NCBI GenBank assembly: GCA_002189035.1
Contig: NEEC01000002.1
Location: 6,014,001-6,078,000 of the forward strand
Reading direction: 5' to 3'
Length of the DNA: 64,000 nt
Source: Utricularia gibba
Taxonomy: Eukaryota > Plantae > Magnoliophyta
In this document: in pieces, positions 37,105 to 49,200 of the stretch
Layout of the letters: each line of letters opens with the position of its first letter
Position numbering within the stretch: the stretch's first letter is position 1
Notes under the pieces: model-generated
The model's input: the letters and a program-made list of their open reading frames with translations, nothing else
Databases searched by the model: none
Told to the model about the DNA's origin: nothing
Program-made: the position numbers and the translations under genes

Positions 37105-37121
37105 TAAACCCTAAACCCTAA
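37105..37121 (+). repeat. Short telomere-like / telo-box tandem (TAAACCC)2TAA
   Basis: TAAACCCTAAACCCTAA read directly. Confidence 0.7.
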
Positions 37122-37202
37122 CTCATAAAATGTGATATTACGAATGAACGTTATAGCTTTGAAACACTTTTAAGTATGAAATATCAAAAAATTAATGTAA
37201 AA

Positions 37203-37204
<2 letters not shown>

Positions 37205-37233
<29 letters not shown>
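37205..37233. repeat. (AT)n microsatellite
   Basis: About 14 AT units read directly. Confidence 0.95.
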
Positions 37234-37235
<2 letters not shown>

Positions 37236-37547
37236 GTTAAATTTTATTTTTCTATTTTTCATTTTATATTCTAAATATTATTAACATTGTTAAATAATAT
37301 ATGTTTATTTTAAATTTTGATTAAATAAAAATTTAAATTTTCAATTAAAGTTATTTGAATTTATCATTAATTTATGTCGTTTTCAAACAACACACCGTGG
37401 GTATGATTTTACAACCTTTATTAAAGTTTTTTGTTAAACATTTTTACGAATGGGCCGGGTTGGTTCGGGTGGCGTGGTGGTTTGACCGGTTTGCTGTTAC
37501 CAAAGGAAAATTAACCGCGCGTGGCTGGGCCGCTACCCACGAGGCGG

Positions 37548-37938
37548 ATGGTGGCAGAACCCTCGTCCGCCATCCTCAACGGCCTGGTTGGCGATGAAGA
37601 CGATATTACCGATCATGAAGAGGACGATTCTCCCTCCGCCGCAGCTGCCGCACTCCGTCTCACAGGTAACAATTGCCGTCCCCGATCCCCATCTGCAGCA
37701 GCATATTCCCGAGTCTAAGAGGCCGGTACCGCCGGATGAGTCTCGGAAGCTCTTCCAGCGCCTCTGGACTGATGAAGATGAAATCGAGCTTCTGCAAGGC
37801 TTCATAGACTACACCACTCGCCGCGGCTCCTCGCAGCAGTATCCTGATACGGCGACGTTTTACGATCAAATCAAGACGAAATTGCAGTTCGATTTCAGCA
37901 AGAATCAATTGGTTCAATTACCATCTGCACTTCACTGA
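37548..37938 (+). pseudogene. GeBP/STOREKEEPER-like (DUF573) gene fragment, frameshifted near 37650 and truncated after KNQLV
   Basis: Acidic N-terminus in one frame, then RKLFQRLWTDEDEIELLQGF...DTATFYDQIK..LQFDF.KNQLV in another. The expected EKLRRLKKKY continuation is absent and a stop follows 8 codons later. Confidence 0.8.
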
Positions 37939-38038
37939 TGTGCAGTTTTGGAATGTATTACCAGTCGGTTAGCTCCTTATCTACATGTGATTCTCAGCTT
38001 CGGACATTAACTGATGAGAAGAAATGGTTTGTTGAACC

Positions 38039-40209
38039 TCAGAAGTAACTAGACTGCTGTAGCAAGAGATCAAGCACTGCTAAGAGCTTAGCCACCATTG
38101 GGGCAAGCAGGGGATTATCATTTTGCACAAGATCAATAAGCAGAGCTTGAGCTGTTTCGGCATAGGCTTCTCTGTGTGCCATGACTCTGAAAATCCTCTC
38201 CAGTATCCATAGAGCTTTCTCCTTGGCCTTCAAACTCCCACAGGAAAGAATTTTGATGATCCGGGGAACGATAGAGTTGTCGACGAGATATTTGCATCCA
38301 CTCTCCCAGATATCATCTTGTACCAGTGTTGAGAAGCACCTTAGAATGGACTCATCCGCACCCCTCTGGTTGCTGTCGAGAATCTGGACCAAATGTTGTG
38401 TAGCTCCAGCTTTGACTATACATAGTGTGTGCCTCGTGGAGCAGTTTGCGTTGTGAACTTGACAGAGGGAACTTGCAGGAGTAGGCATACAGAGCCATTG
38501 CAATTTCCGCGACTGGGAAAGCTTGGGAGTGTTTTGTGAGAGTTGGGCCAAGCAAAACGCAGCTTGGGATTTGGTGATCTCTGAAGTGCTTGAAAGCAGT
38601 TTGAGAAGAACTGGAAAGATGCCACTTTCAGAGGAGTATATCTGTAGTTTCCTGTCTGCAGGATTGGTGAAACGGAGCAATGTACTAGTGATGCTCTCCG
38701 TCAGATGATCCATTGTTTCTAGTGAACTGCTCTGGCGTGAATTGATCATGGAAAACAACAGAGGCAATAAGTTTGCTTTCCTTAGAATATCGGAGGTTTT
38801 CTTGTCATTCACTGGAAAGGTGCTGAGAATTCCAAGGACTGATACCTTTTCAGACTCTGAATTTGAGGATGAGAGTATCTTTACTAGAGCATGGACATGA
38901 AAATGATCTATCACCTCAAAGAGCTCTCCTTTGACATCCTTGCAAAGCATGTGAACCAATTTTAGTGCACCTGTCCTTAGTTGCAGATCCCCTCCGGTGA
39001 TAAAGGGTAGAAGGAGCTGAATCGCACCATTATCATTCATTCGTATCCTTAATTCAGTTGCAGTCTCATGAGAAGCCACGTTATTCAACGCTTCAATAAG
39101 ATGGCCTTGAATCAGCGGGCTGGATGAACTCAGAAGTGAGAGCATCTGTTGCATTATGTCTTGATTAACTAGAATGCTTTCTGATTTTGCCACCTTTGCC
39201 AGAATTTCTGCTGCTGGTTCCCGTAATGTCATCATCACCGAAGTCACTGAGAACAGCAGATTCAGAAAGGATGGTACAATGCCAGTATCGATCAACCGTG
39301 TTACGTTTTCGGTCAAGTCCAGTAGCATCTCTAAGGCCTTCAAGGAAGACAACTTAGCCTCTAGATTCCCCTTACGGAACATGCTTACAAGTGACTCTAT
39401 AACCCCGTTTTCTCCAAGGAACGCCTTGTGTTGATCAAGGTGTTTTAGTTTGGATAGCGCTGTTGCCATCAGAATCTTGCTCATATCTGATCCTGGAAAG
39501 ATGATGCAACATTTTTTAGCTACAAAGCAATAGAAATTTTCATGTCCATGAAAAAAGGAGAAGTCTTACCTCCTTTGAGGAATCTGATTATCGGTTTGAA
39601 GTAGCCAGCTTCAGCCATATGAATTGCGTGTTGAGGATTACTTGACATCGAGTTTAGCAGCGCCTCTGCATCATGCGAAGCCTCCTTATTATCCGAATTC
39701 GAGATGTAGATCAGCAGCAAGATGCATCCCCGTATTTGGCCGATGGTACGTATGACTCCAACATCATCGGAAAGACACCGCAGAAGGCCAACTGCCTCTC
39801 CCTGCTCATGAACATCGCGTGCCATTGACTTCACCAAAGCTGATAGAAACTCCAACTGTTTCATCTGTTCCTGTACACTTCGGAGCAAAGGGTTAAGAAA
39901 GGCTACCAGCTTGAGGTTTGATGTGAACACATTGTGCCTGCAATTACCTTGTGTTCATCGTTTTTCCGAGCAAGATACCGTAGCATTCTAATGATCATGA
40001 CTCTGTCACTCTGTTTACAGACAATCAGCAGACGGCATAGAGCAGCGACTATACCTTGTTCATCTATAGTTCGGTCCGAAATCATGCCATCCATCATCGT
40101 TCCATTCAATAAGGCAAGAGCATCCTCCAGATTTTCACTCTTACCACTCTTGATCTGTAAAATTGCGTCGTCAACTGTTGCTACTATCGCTTCTTCTTCT
40201 TCTTCTTCT

Positions 40210-40256
<47 letters not shown>

Positions 40257-40649
40257 TTCCGATTCCTCCTCGATTTCATCCACCGTCACGTTTTCGTACC
40301 ATTCCGAGCTACTGGAACTTAGATCCAGTTTCATCGCCAGCAGTTCCTTACACAACACCTCCATCGTTTCCTTGTTCACAATCGTCGCTTCTCTGCTCGA
40401 CAGAAGCACGAGCTCAAGCGATCTCCCAAGTTTCTGCAACAACTCCTCCTTCTGCTTGACCGGAGAAGACTGAGTTTCTATCAGGTGTTTCGCGTCGTCG
40501 TACTCCGCTTCCAGCACACCGAAAGCTTGCTTGAGTGCGGGGAAACTCGCCATCTCGATGCTCTCCATTTGTATCAGAACTTCACCTAGCTTTTCCATCA
40601 TCATCGATAGGGACGAGGAATCGAGCTCAGCCGCCGCAGACTCCTCCAT
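38039..40649 (-). CDS. ARM-repeat protein, PUB43/PUB44-like family without a U-box, about 818 aa, 3 exons
   Basis: Exons 40649-39948, 39870-39570, 39492-38039; HMAEAGYFKP, GSDMSKILMATA, LFSVTSVMMTLREPA, C-terminal LLQQSSYF. Confidence 0.9.
40191..40259 (-). repeat. Coding (GAA)n tract encoding 23 consecutive Glu
   Basis: 69 nt of TTC/CTC on + strand within exon 1 of the ARM gene. Confidence 0.95.
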
Positions 40650-42259
40650 TTTTTCCGGTCACCTGAAACCAGACTGAATCGCCGGCTGAAATCCGATTGA
40701 AAAACGTCGAAGATTAGGGTGAGTGGCGAAGAACAGTCTGTGCGAAGTACATGTAACGATTTCACATGGACCCACGGTTCAAGGATGAATGCTTGATCAC
40801 GAAAGGGTGGCTTGATTATTTTTTTAATATTTTAAAGTAAAAATAGTTAGAAATAACTAAATTTAAATATAAAATTTAATTGATATTAATCTCATAAAAT
40901 AATTTAAAATATTAAATAAATATGTAAATAATTTATTCGTATTAAAATCGAATAATTTGGGGAATGCATGATTTATAAGTAACAAATGATTATAAATGAG
41001 TTACATTAATATATATGATGATTTAAAGCTGAATTGTTTGATATTTCTTCGATTGTAGAAGTGAGAGTACGAAATATGAATCGATTTTTAGTCCCTTTGA
41101 AGTTTAGAATCATTTATTTATAAAAAAATATAGTCATATCTATATCTTATATTGATATAATTTGGTATCATAATATCTTTCCAAAGATTCCAATAAAGAT
41201 AATTAACTGTTATAATATTATTATTCTCACTAATCATACTTTAAAAAAGATGATTATGATTAACGACAATGATAAAGGTCGTCGACGACCAGACCAGGTC
41301 GTCCACTACCTGGCATCACTTTCTCAATAATGTTCGCTTTATTTGTTATGGCGGAGGTCCAGTCCGTACGCCGGAGAAGAACACGCGTTCCATCCATATT
41401 CCACGCAATCATGACGCTGGACGTAGGCCCGCTCTGTCGTGACCAGATCCTGACCCAGGAGGGGCCTCATGCGCATTCGTCGTAGTGAAGGCGCAAAAAA
41501 AAAATAAGCAGGCTGAGATCCAGTTCCCCGGTGAAGTCTACGTCTTCCGGCGGTGCCTAGAGATGGAACCCAAAAGACTGCTGCATTTCGGCCTCTCCCT
41601 GTTATGAGGCTGCTCCGGGTTAACTGCCAAGCAGCAAGTCAAAAGTCTTTCCACCGGGGGCAGCCCCGGTGCTGAGGAGACCTGCCAGAAGAATGAATGG
41701 GCCAGGGCAGGACAAAGATTGGCTAGTGCGGGTTCCCTTCTTAGTTAGAGCTCCAACCTAGCAACTAATCTCAACCTTCTCCCTGATTTCTACAAAGAAA
41801 AAGGATCCCAGTTGGGGAATATCCATACCCCATCATCACCATCATCTTGGAGAATTTGATCCTCAAATCCATTAACAACCACTTATGAATCCAGTTTCCT
41901 TGGTTTACATCCTTTCTCTCAAGTTTTAGATCGAGTTCATCTATCCTGTAGGAGGACTAACAGGGGTAACTGCTGGCTTTCCAATATGAGATTGCCATCC
42001 AGTCACTAAAAGATTTCCGGATAATAAACCATTGCATCTTGCTTTGGGTGTAATGATTTAGAGTTCGATGAAGAAGTTAACTTCTTGAACCAGAGCCTCT
42101 CTACATTCAAAAGTCATCTCTGATGATCCATTGCTAAAAGCATGAACGGGAAGAATCCGATGATTCTAACTAAACTAAACAAAGGGCAATCAATTCGTAA
42201 GTTTTCCTCTGTGCACATGAAGCAAGAGGGGTGCTTCTCCATATCATCATTGAAAAGCA

Positions 42260-42532
42260 TCACAACTTGATCATACCTGGGCTGAATTCTTCCACAGTCT
42301 TCGTCGCAAGTGTGAGAACATCAACAAAAGCGCTGTATGAAGCACGGAGAAATCTTGCTTCCACCGCCTCGAAGTGCACGGAAAGCTTCCCTCCTGGTGA
42401 TACAGACATCTTCCTAATCACCTTGTCGGGCTGCAACTCTTTATCAACAGCTAACGCATTGTACACAATCTGCGCGACCTCCTCCGAGCCGTAGTCCACC
42501 TCCAGACTGCAGCTGTAATCGAAATTCGTCAT
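42260..42532 (-). CDS. PCC1: KEOPS/EKC complex subunit PCC1 (LAGE3/CTAG family), 90 aa, single ORF
   Basis: LEVDYGSEE.A.IVYNALAVDKELQPDKV...HFEAVEARFLRASYSAFVDVLTLATKTVEEF matches the Pcc1 family. Telo-box at 42543-42551. Confidence 0.9.
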   Translation of the reverse strand: MTNFDYSCSLEVDYGSEEVAQIVYNALAVDKELQPDKVIRKMSVSPGGKLSVHFEAVEARFLRASYSAFVDVLTLATKTVEEFSPGMIKL

Positions 42533-42542
42533 CCCAAGCCGT

Positions 42543-42551
42543 CTAGGGTTT
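42543..42551 (-). promoter_or_regulatory. Telo-box AAACCCTAG just upstream of the PCC1 ATG
   Basis: CTAGGGTTT on + strand; site II-like TGGGCT near 42603. Confidence 0.6.
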
Positions 42552-43523
42552 AATGTTCAGATATCAGAGATAGAGCGAGCGTATTTATACGCGTAGCGAG
42601 ATTGGGCTATCGCAATGGAGCTCATGAAACCCGACCCGTTTTACCACAATCTGGGGAATGAATGAATGAATTCCTCGCTGCGTCTGAATCTCTCTTCTCC
42701 CGTGGATTCATATTTTCTATTGACTTGGGAGTTGATGCGGTTGATGTAAAGATTGCCGGAGGCACTTCCTCTTGTGAGTGAGTTCCTGGTGAAGCTCAAG
42801 AAAAGGTATGATCTTTTTGGGATGGTTCATCTGAGCGCCGTCAGATGATTTGTGTTTCCCGTTCTGGTTTTACTGTAATCGTAGGGAGGTCGAGGGTTCA
42901 AAGGCGACGGCGAGGTTGACTGCGGAACTACTCCCTTCGATTTTTTTTTTTTTCTGGAGATGTGCAGGGTGCTGTCTCTATAAACAGGGCAACGGGACTT
43001 TTGACAAGCAGCACAGAAGCATGGAGAACAATGGCAATGTCTTGGTGGTGGGGGATTTCGAAGCGGAGGTGGTGTTACTTAACCTGCAGCATGAACTATT
43101 GCTGTTTGTCTTGGTGATGCTGCTCCTGCATTTCTTCCCCATTGTTTGTCGCTTTGTTTCGATGCTCACATCCAGGAAATCCTTGCTGAAAATGGCGACT
43201 AGGCTGCGATATTTTTACGGACAGAAGCCGATGATGGGCGGCGATCTGTTGAATGCCGTTGATGGATGAAACCGAGGTGGCAACTCTTCGTCTACGTGGT
43301 TAGCTTCAGATTTAAATAAGAGAAGGAATGAACGGTGGTTGTGGTCCGTGGAATGGATTCCCAAAGAAGCGGAACACAACGGCGTGTTGATAATACGACG
43401 CCATTGGAATTGGGCGTCATCGTCGCCCGTCTCTCCTTCAGATTTTCTCCGGGAGGAAGACGGAAGCACCTGTTCTATGCAGCAGCTTCGTGATCGGTTC
43501 ATTTTCTATTTTCTGAATGCGCC

Positions 43524-44480
43524 ATGGAATGGTCCCCCAAATCAGCCGCCAATGCCTACGTCGATGCCCTCAAATTGGTACGTTCTCTCCATCCCCTCTT
43601 GATTGAACCCTGTTTCTTCCTCTTCATGCTTTGCCGATGTTGTTACTCAGAGAAGATGGCCGATGTTTTGGAATTCTCCATTCTATCAGGAGCTTATTTT
43701 CTGTGTAAAGATGAGATTTTTTTTGAATGTCAGTGACGAAGAAGCACATTCTTTCCTTGTCCTAATTTCCTTTGGCATCTGGTCATGTTTTGATGTTTTT
43801 ATGTACCAAAGCAGTGCCATAGATGCAAGAAAAGGTGCAATTCTTGTGATGCACAGATGCCTGCAAGCACCGAACTTTTATCAGCACTAGCAGCTGGTAT
43901 GAGCGCAAAGTTGATTGTGGAGGTGACACCCGAGGTTTCGCCATCAACGGTGGCGTTGGCAGCCGCCGCGAGGCAAACTGGAGGGAAACTGGTTTGCATT
44001 GTGCCAGAGCCGAAGCTCTGCAGAACACAGAAAGAAGTAGAAGAATCAGGCCTTAGTGACATAGTGGAATTCAGAACAGAGGATCCTGCTGAGGCATTAC
44101 TCAACTACGAGAACATTGACTTCTCCTTTGTGAACTGCAAAGCTGATGACTACGAGCGATTCATTGAAAATCTGGATGTGAATCCAGTAAAGTCGATGGT
44201 GGTGACGAGCAACTCCTTGCCAGGGGAAGAAAAGCTAGGAGAACACTTGAAAGATGTGGAGAAGAGAACTGAAGTAAGATCCATGAAGCATCTTATTGGG
44301 GAAGGCATGGAGATTGCAATGATTGGGAAGGGAAACGATCCTCGGACCCCTCGAAACCATGGAATCCCCTTCCAGAGAAAGATGGGTATTGTGAAGAAAA
44401 CAGAGAAAAGCAGATGGGTTTTCCGAGTTGATGAAATCAGTGGAGAAGAACACATCTTCAGGATTCCCAGATCAGCATGA
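43524..44480 (+). CDS. DUF1442 family protein (SAM-dependent methyltransferase-like fold), 2 exons
   Basis: Exons 43524-43577 (MEWSPKSAANAYVDALKL) and 43815-44480 (ELLSALAAGMSAKLIVE, STVALAAAARQTGGKLVCI, YENIDF). Confidence 0.85.
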
Positions 44481-44817
44481 GAGTGCTGATCAGTTTGCTG
44501 ACTTTCACAAACTGTATAATACCACATTATAGCTACAAGTTTGGAGAAGAGGAGAGCTGTGCACTCCCTCACCCTTGATGCGCACCTCATATTTCTGCGC
44601 AGGAGGTTCTAGTAAGTGTAGTTTCTCGAGTTTTGGATGCTTCTTCAAGATTATGAATGCTGTTGTAGAACACAGAAGGGTTCTTAGTCCATGGGAATGA
44701 TGGGGATGAAGCGGTTTGTGAGTGGAACGCCTTGATCTCTTCGCTGTTTAGACATCATCGTCTTCTCTCCGCTGCTCACCCCTTGCTCTGTTACCCTGCA
44801 GAGTGAACGCTGTGAAC

Positions 44818-44876
44818 CAGTGTTTCTGAACCCGGATCGGGTTCCGTAAACCCGGTTTGATTTATGTAAAAACCGG
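44818..44876. mobile_element. Possible hAT-MITE terminal remnant
   Basis: CAGTGTTTCTGAACCCGG start, GAACCCG-GAT-CGGGTTC hairpin (44828-44844) and AACCGG motifs. No second end or TSD seen. Confidence 0.3.
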
Positions 44877-46214
44877 TAATACATTAAATGCAAAATTAAC
44901 TTCACATTATTCTAATTTAAGTGAACATATTCATATAATGACTAATTATCCAATTTTTTTCCAAAATTCATATTATTTAAAAAATTAGTTTTGTTGCTAC
45001 CTGAAAAAATTCTTACCATACTTAGTAATATATGATAACTGTCATTTTATCTCACATACATTCAAGTAAAAATATTATGAAAAAAATTATGTCAATAGTC
45101 CATACTGTTTACCTAAATGACATAATTGATATTCCAAAATAATATTTTAATTTCTATTATTTCAAAATCATTTATAATTAGTCTCCATGGTTTCCAAATT
45201 GGACAAAAATAGTTCCCATTTTCCAAATTATTAAACAATAGGGATGAATTATATTTGGTTTTTAAATATTAAGAACTAATTATAAATTATATTTAAACAA
45301 TGAAGATAAAAAATAATTGAATTAAAAAATTTGAGAATTAATATGCCAGATATACAAATTTGGAAACTAAATGTCAATGGAAGATTATTTATGCTATTTT
45401 CATTAAATATTGGGGATTAATCATGTTAATTTTAAAAACTTTAAGGAATTATGCCGTCAAGTGCCCAATATATAATATATTTATTTTTTTCAGCGTAGTC
45501 ACTTTTATAATACACCCGGTAATATATTCATTATATATCATATTAAATAAGAGATATCTAAATTAATCATATTAATTTATAATTAAAATATTTTTATAAT
45601 ATTAATTAAAGTAAAATATTAGCAAACCCAATCGCCAATCCTCCATGTTGACCCCACATTCGTAAAACCTGGAATTTCCATACATTTGAGCCTGGCGCGA
45701 GGCTGCAGCGAAATCTTGGAGCCAAAGGATTTCAGTCAAAATCCGACCTCCCTTTGCAATTCGCAAATCTCTCTCGCCCTAATTCGCATCCTTATTGCCT
45801 TTTTTTGGGAAGCCATCAGTTTCGATACAGATCCCTTGTACATCATCGTACATTGCCCCTTCATGTGAGTCCCGTCTGCGTGTGCTGCTGTGGCTGTTGG
45901 GGCTCCATCAGGAATTGAATTTGATGCCCTTCTGTTGATTGTTTCAAACTATTTTTGGAAAACCTGCGTAATCTCTTGAGGGTCTATCTCAATCTGGTGA
46001 TTGCTCGGTATATTTTATCCAAGTATCTGGATTTTTTGATAGGGTTTTGTTTTCCTCTTTTTTGTTCGCGTTTCTGGGTCGGTTTCGGTTGTGGATTGTT
46101 TAAATTGGAGGATTTATGAAAATCGGGGAGGTGGGATTTGTATCTCATCGTGTTGTTTCGATTTGGGAGGGTGTTGGATCGTGATCAGCAGAAAAATTGT
46201 GTTTTTTCTGCGTG

Positions 46215-49200
46215 ATGCTTGGAAAACGGATTCTGGAAATAGGAATGCCTAAGGTGAAGCGTTGCTCAGTGGAGAAGGAAGAAATCGTCCAATGGGAGAC
46301 GCCCACTGCGGATTCTGTAAACTCGAAGAACACGCAGGGTCAATTTTTCAGCATTCCTGTTTTTCAATCCCAAAACGAAACCAGTAATTTCTCCAAAATT
46401 TGTTCTCCGACTACAGTATCAGTGTCCAATGGCGATTTGAATCCTGTTCGCCGGGCAGCAGCAAAGAATAAGCCACCGCTTTTAAAGTCTTCTCGTGGGC
46501 GTAGGCAAGCGTTGCCCACAAAGTTTAGTGATTCCGTTTTGCACACATGGAAGAAAGAAAAGGCGGATTCCCCTGATGAATACCAAAGTGACGAGGATGT
46601 AGCTCGGAAAAAGAATTTTGAACTAGAGGAACCGGATGAATATAATGACGTTTATTTGGTCAAGAAGCCACGGATTGAAAGGAACGTTGCATTTTGTTTG
46701 AAAAATATAATTTTAGAGCCTTATCCCAGTTCAAGAAATCCGTTGCCGTCGGCTCAGGAAGTATCACGTCGGGCTACTCCTTTGGTGGGAGACGCTGAAA
46801 GTCTGAGTGGATATGCGGGAGTTCAAAAACAATCGAAGGTTCGGGCTAATGAGAAGAAGGCAGATTTTTATGAACTTGATGAGTTTAAAGTGGGGGATGT
46901 AGTTTGGGCGAAATGTGGGAAGAACTTCCCTGCTTGGCCTGCTGTAGTTATTGATCCTCTTTATCAAGCCCCTGAAGCGGTACTGAGAGCATCTGTTCCT
47001 GGCACACTTTGTGTGATGTTCTACGGCTACGCAAAGAATGGGCGAAGGGTAATCTCCTCTAATAAAAAAATTGGAAAAAGTTTAGCAAAGAGGGTTTCAT
47101 GATCAGCAAATTATCTTCCTTGATTTGTTCCGCTGACACTGTGTTAGTGGGTAAGCTGAAAAAGAAAGTTTCTTAATGCCGCTTGTGTTGTTTTTTGCAG
47201 GATTATGCGTGGGTTAAAGCTGGAATGGTCTTTCCATTTCATGAGTACGCTGACAGGTGAAACTAAATTCAGCATCTTGCAGAAAATTCATGATCTAGAA
47301 TTCAAGTGAAATGGTGTGTGTTTATGATATTAGGTTTCAGGGGCAGACTAAGTTATATGGCAGTAAACCTAGTGATCTCCTTATGGCTATAGAGGAAGCG
47401 ATATTAGCTGAAAACGGCTTTGCAAATCCTACCGCAGATGCTGAGCAGGAAACAGTATCTCTTCGCAGCAATGGCAGTACTGGAGTGGTGACTGGATCTA
47501 ATCAGATCTTAGAATCCACTGCTCATCAGGCAAGCTTCAACTGAGATTTCTAGTGCAACTTTTTGGTGATTATGGCGCTAGTTAGTAGTTTTACACTGCG
47601 AATTGATTTTACTGGGATGGGCTGTGGAGACTTACCTGTAGTATCTGAAAAATTGAGTTGGTTTTTGTGACGCCTTGAATGATGCTAGATTTATTATTGT
47701 AAAAAAATAATAATAATAAAGAAAGTGATGTTCGATCACTATTGAACTCTCATCGTGTAGTGAATTTTTCCGATTATCATAGGCAGTAGATTTCATGCTT
47801 TCCCATTGAGTAAAAGTATGATGACCTTTTTTATGCAAGAAGTTTGATTGGTGTATCCTTAACTGTCTTTATGAAGGATACGGGTGATAATGTCAGAGGC
47901 ACACGAGAGTGTAACAGCTGTGGATTGATATATTCCAGCAAGATGGTGAAGAAGGAGAAAACAGATAAAGGCGTCTTCCTGTGCTGTCATTGTATTAAGG
48001 TTTGCTGATAGTTGTTTTTCTATCATTGCTGGAGTGATATACAAAATGATATGTATAGCTTCTGATCTTTAGAATGTTGAACTTGCAGTTGAGAAACTCT
48101 AAACAATTTTGTGGCATTTGCAAGAAAATTTGGCATCATTCTGATGGAGGTGGTTGGGTGAGAAATCCACCTTGAATTCTCTGTCTGTGGGGTTTTCTGA
48201 TTTATTTTACTTAATTAATTAAGTTTTTATGCTTCCTTGATTTAGGTCTGTTGCGATAGATGCAATGTCTGGATTCATGCAGAATGTGCCAACATTCCTA
48301 CTGATATTTTGAAGGTCTGCCTACAGATTCTTATGCATCGAGATGTATTTTATGCTTTCAGGGAGTTATTTTCATGCAAATTATTAAGTTTGTACTTTTG
48401 TCATGCGTGTGTTATATGTAGGACATAGAAAACAAGGATTTCATTTGTTCTGAATGCAAAACAAAATCCAGAGCTGAATTCATGCAATTGGAGAGGAAGC
48501 AGTTTTATACAAGGTTTGGATTTTAAAGGAGTTTTTTCTTCATCCATCTTCATTTTTTCTTCCCTTAATTGATCTTTCCATTCTGGTTTTTACAGGCCTG
48601 CTGAAAAGCGTGGAACTAAAGCCCCTCCTGAAAAGATCATTGTCATCTGTAATGGGATGGAAGCAATTTATTACCCAAGCCTTCACTTGTAAGTTTTCCT
48701 TTACTTGAGGTGTAACTGGATATGTGTGAACATAGCTTCGATGGTGTGTCTCATATCATGGAATATTCTGATTTTTTAATGAACTGACTAAATGTTTGTC
48801 TTACTGTTCTCAGGGTCCAGTGTACATGCGGTGCCTGTGGGACCAAGAAATATGGACTGAGTCAGTGGGAGAAGCACACTGGATGCCGAGCTAAGAAATG
48901 GAAGCATAGCGTAAAAATCAAGGGTTCCAATACAACACTTGAAAGATGGGTTGGTTTTACTACATGTTTGTGGCATGCTTTCTTAAATGATTTATGATAT
49001 TGGCACTCTTGCGCATTATAGAGTTCTCTTTCATTTTGGCTTAGTTATCCACCTTACCATGCTATGTATTTGTCGTTAAAAAAAATTCAAATGAGCTTCT
49101 TTTCTGTACCCATGCTTGTATGTCCATTTAAGTGAATTGTAACCTATAACTCATGTTTGTTGGTTTTATCTGATAATCTATCTATCCTGCAGTTATCAGA

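Noticed and set aside
37105-37121. Interstitial telomere or chromosome-fusion scar
   Set aside because: Only about 2.4 repeat units, which is the size of an ordinary telo-box.
38039-40649. Absence of a U-box in a PUB44-like protein as a novelty
   Set aside because: U-box-less members with the same motifs and C-terminus are a known, widespread subfamily.
43084-43128. miR172-like sequence TCTTGGTGATGCTGC with a short GCAGCAT/ATGCTGC stem
   Set aside because: Only 14 of 15 core bases match, the 5' end of the mature miRNA does not match, and the stem is too short for a precursor.
42850-43502. ORFs 42850-43269 (+), 42978-43169 (-) and 43215-43502 (-)
   Set aside because: No recognisable motifs (not DVL/RTFL, CLE or PSK) and weak starts. 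The region lies in the PCC1/DUF1442 divergent interval; a lncRNA cannot be excluded.
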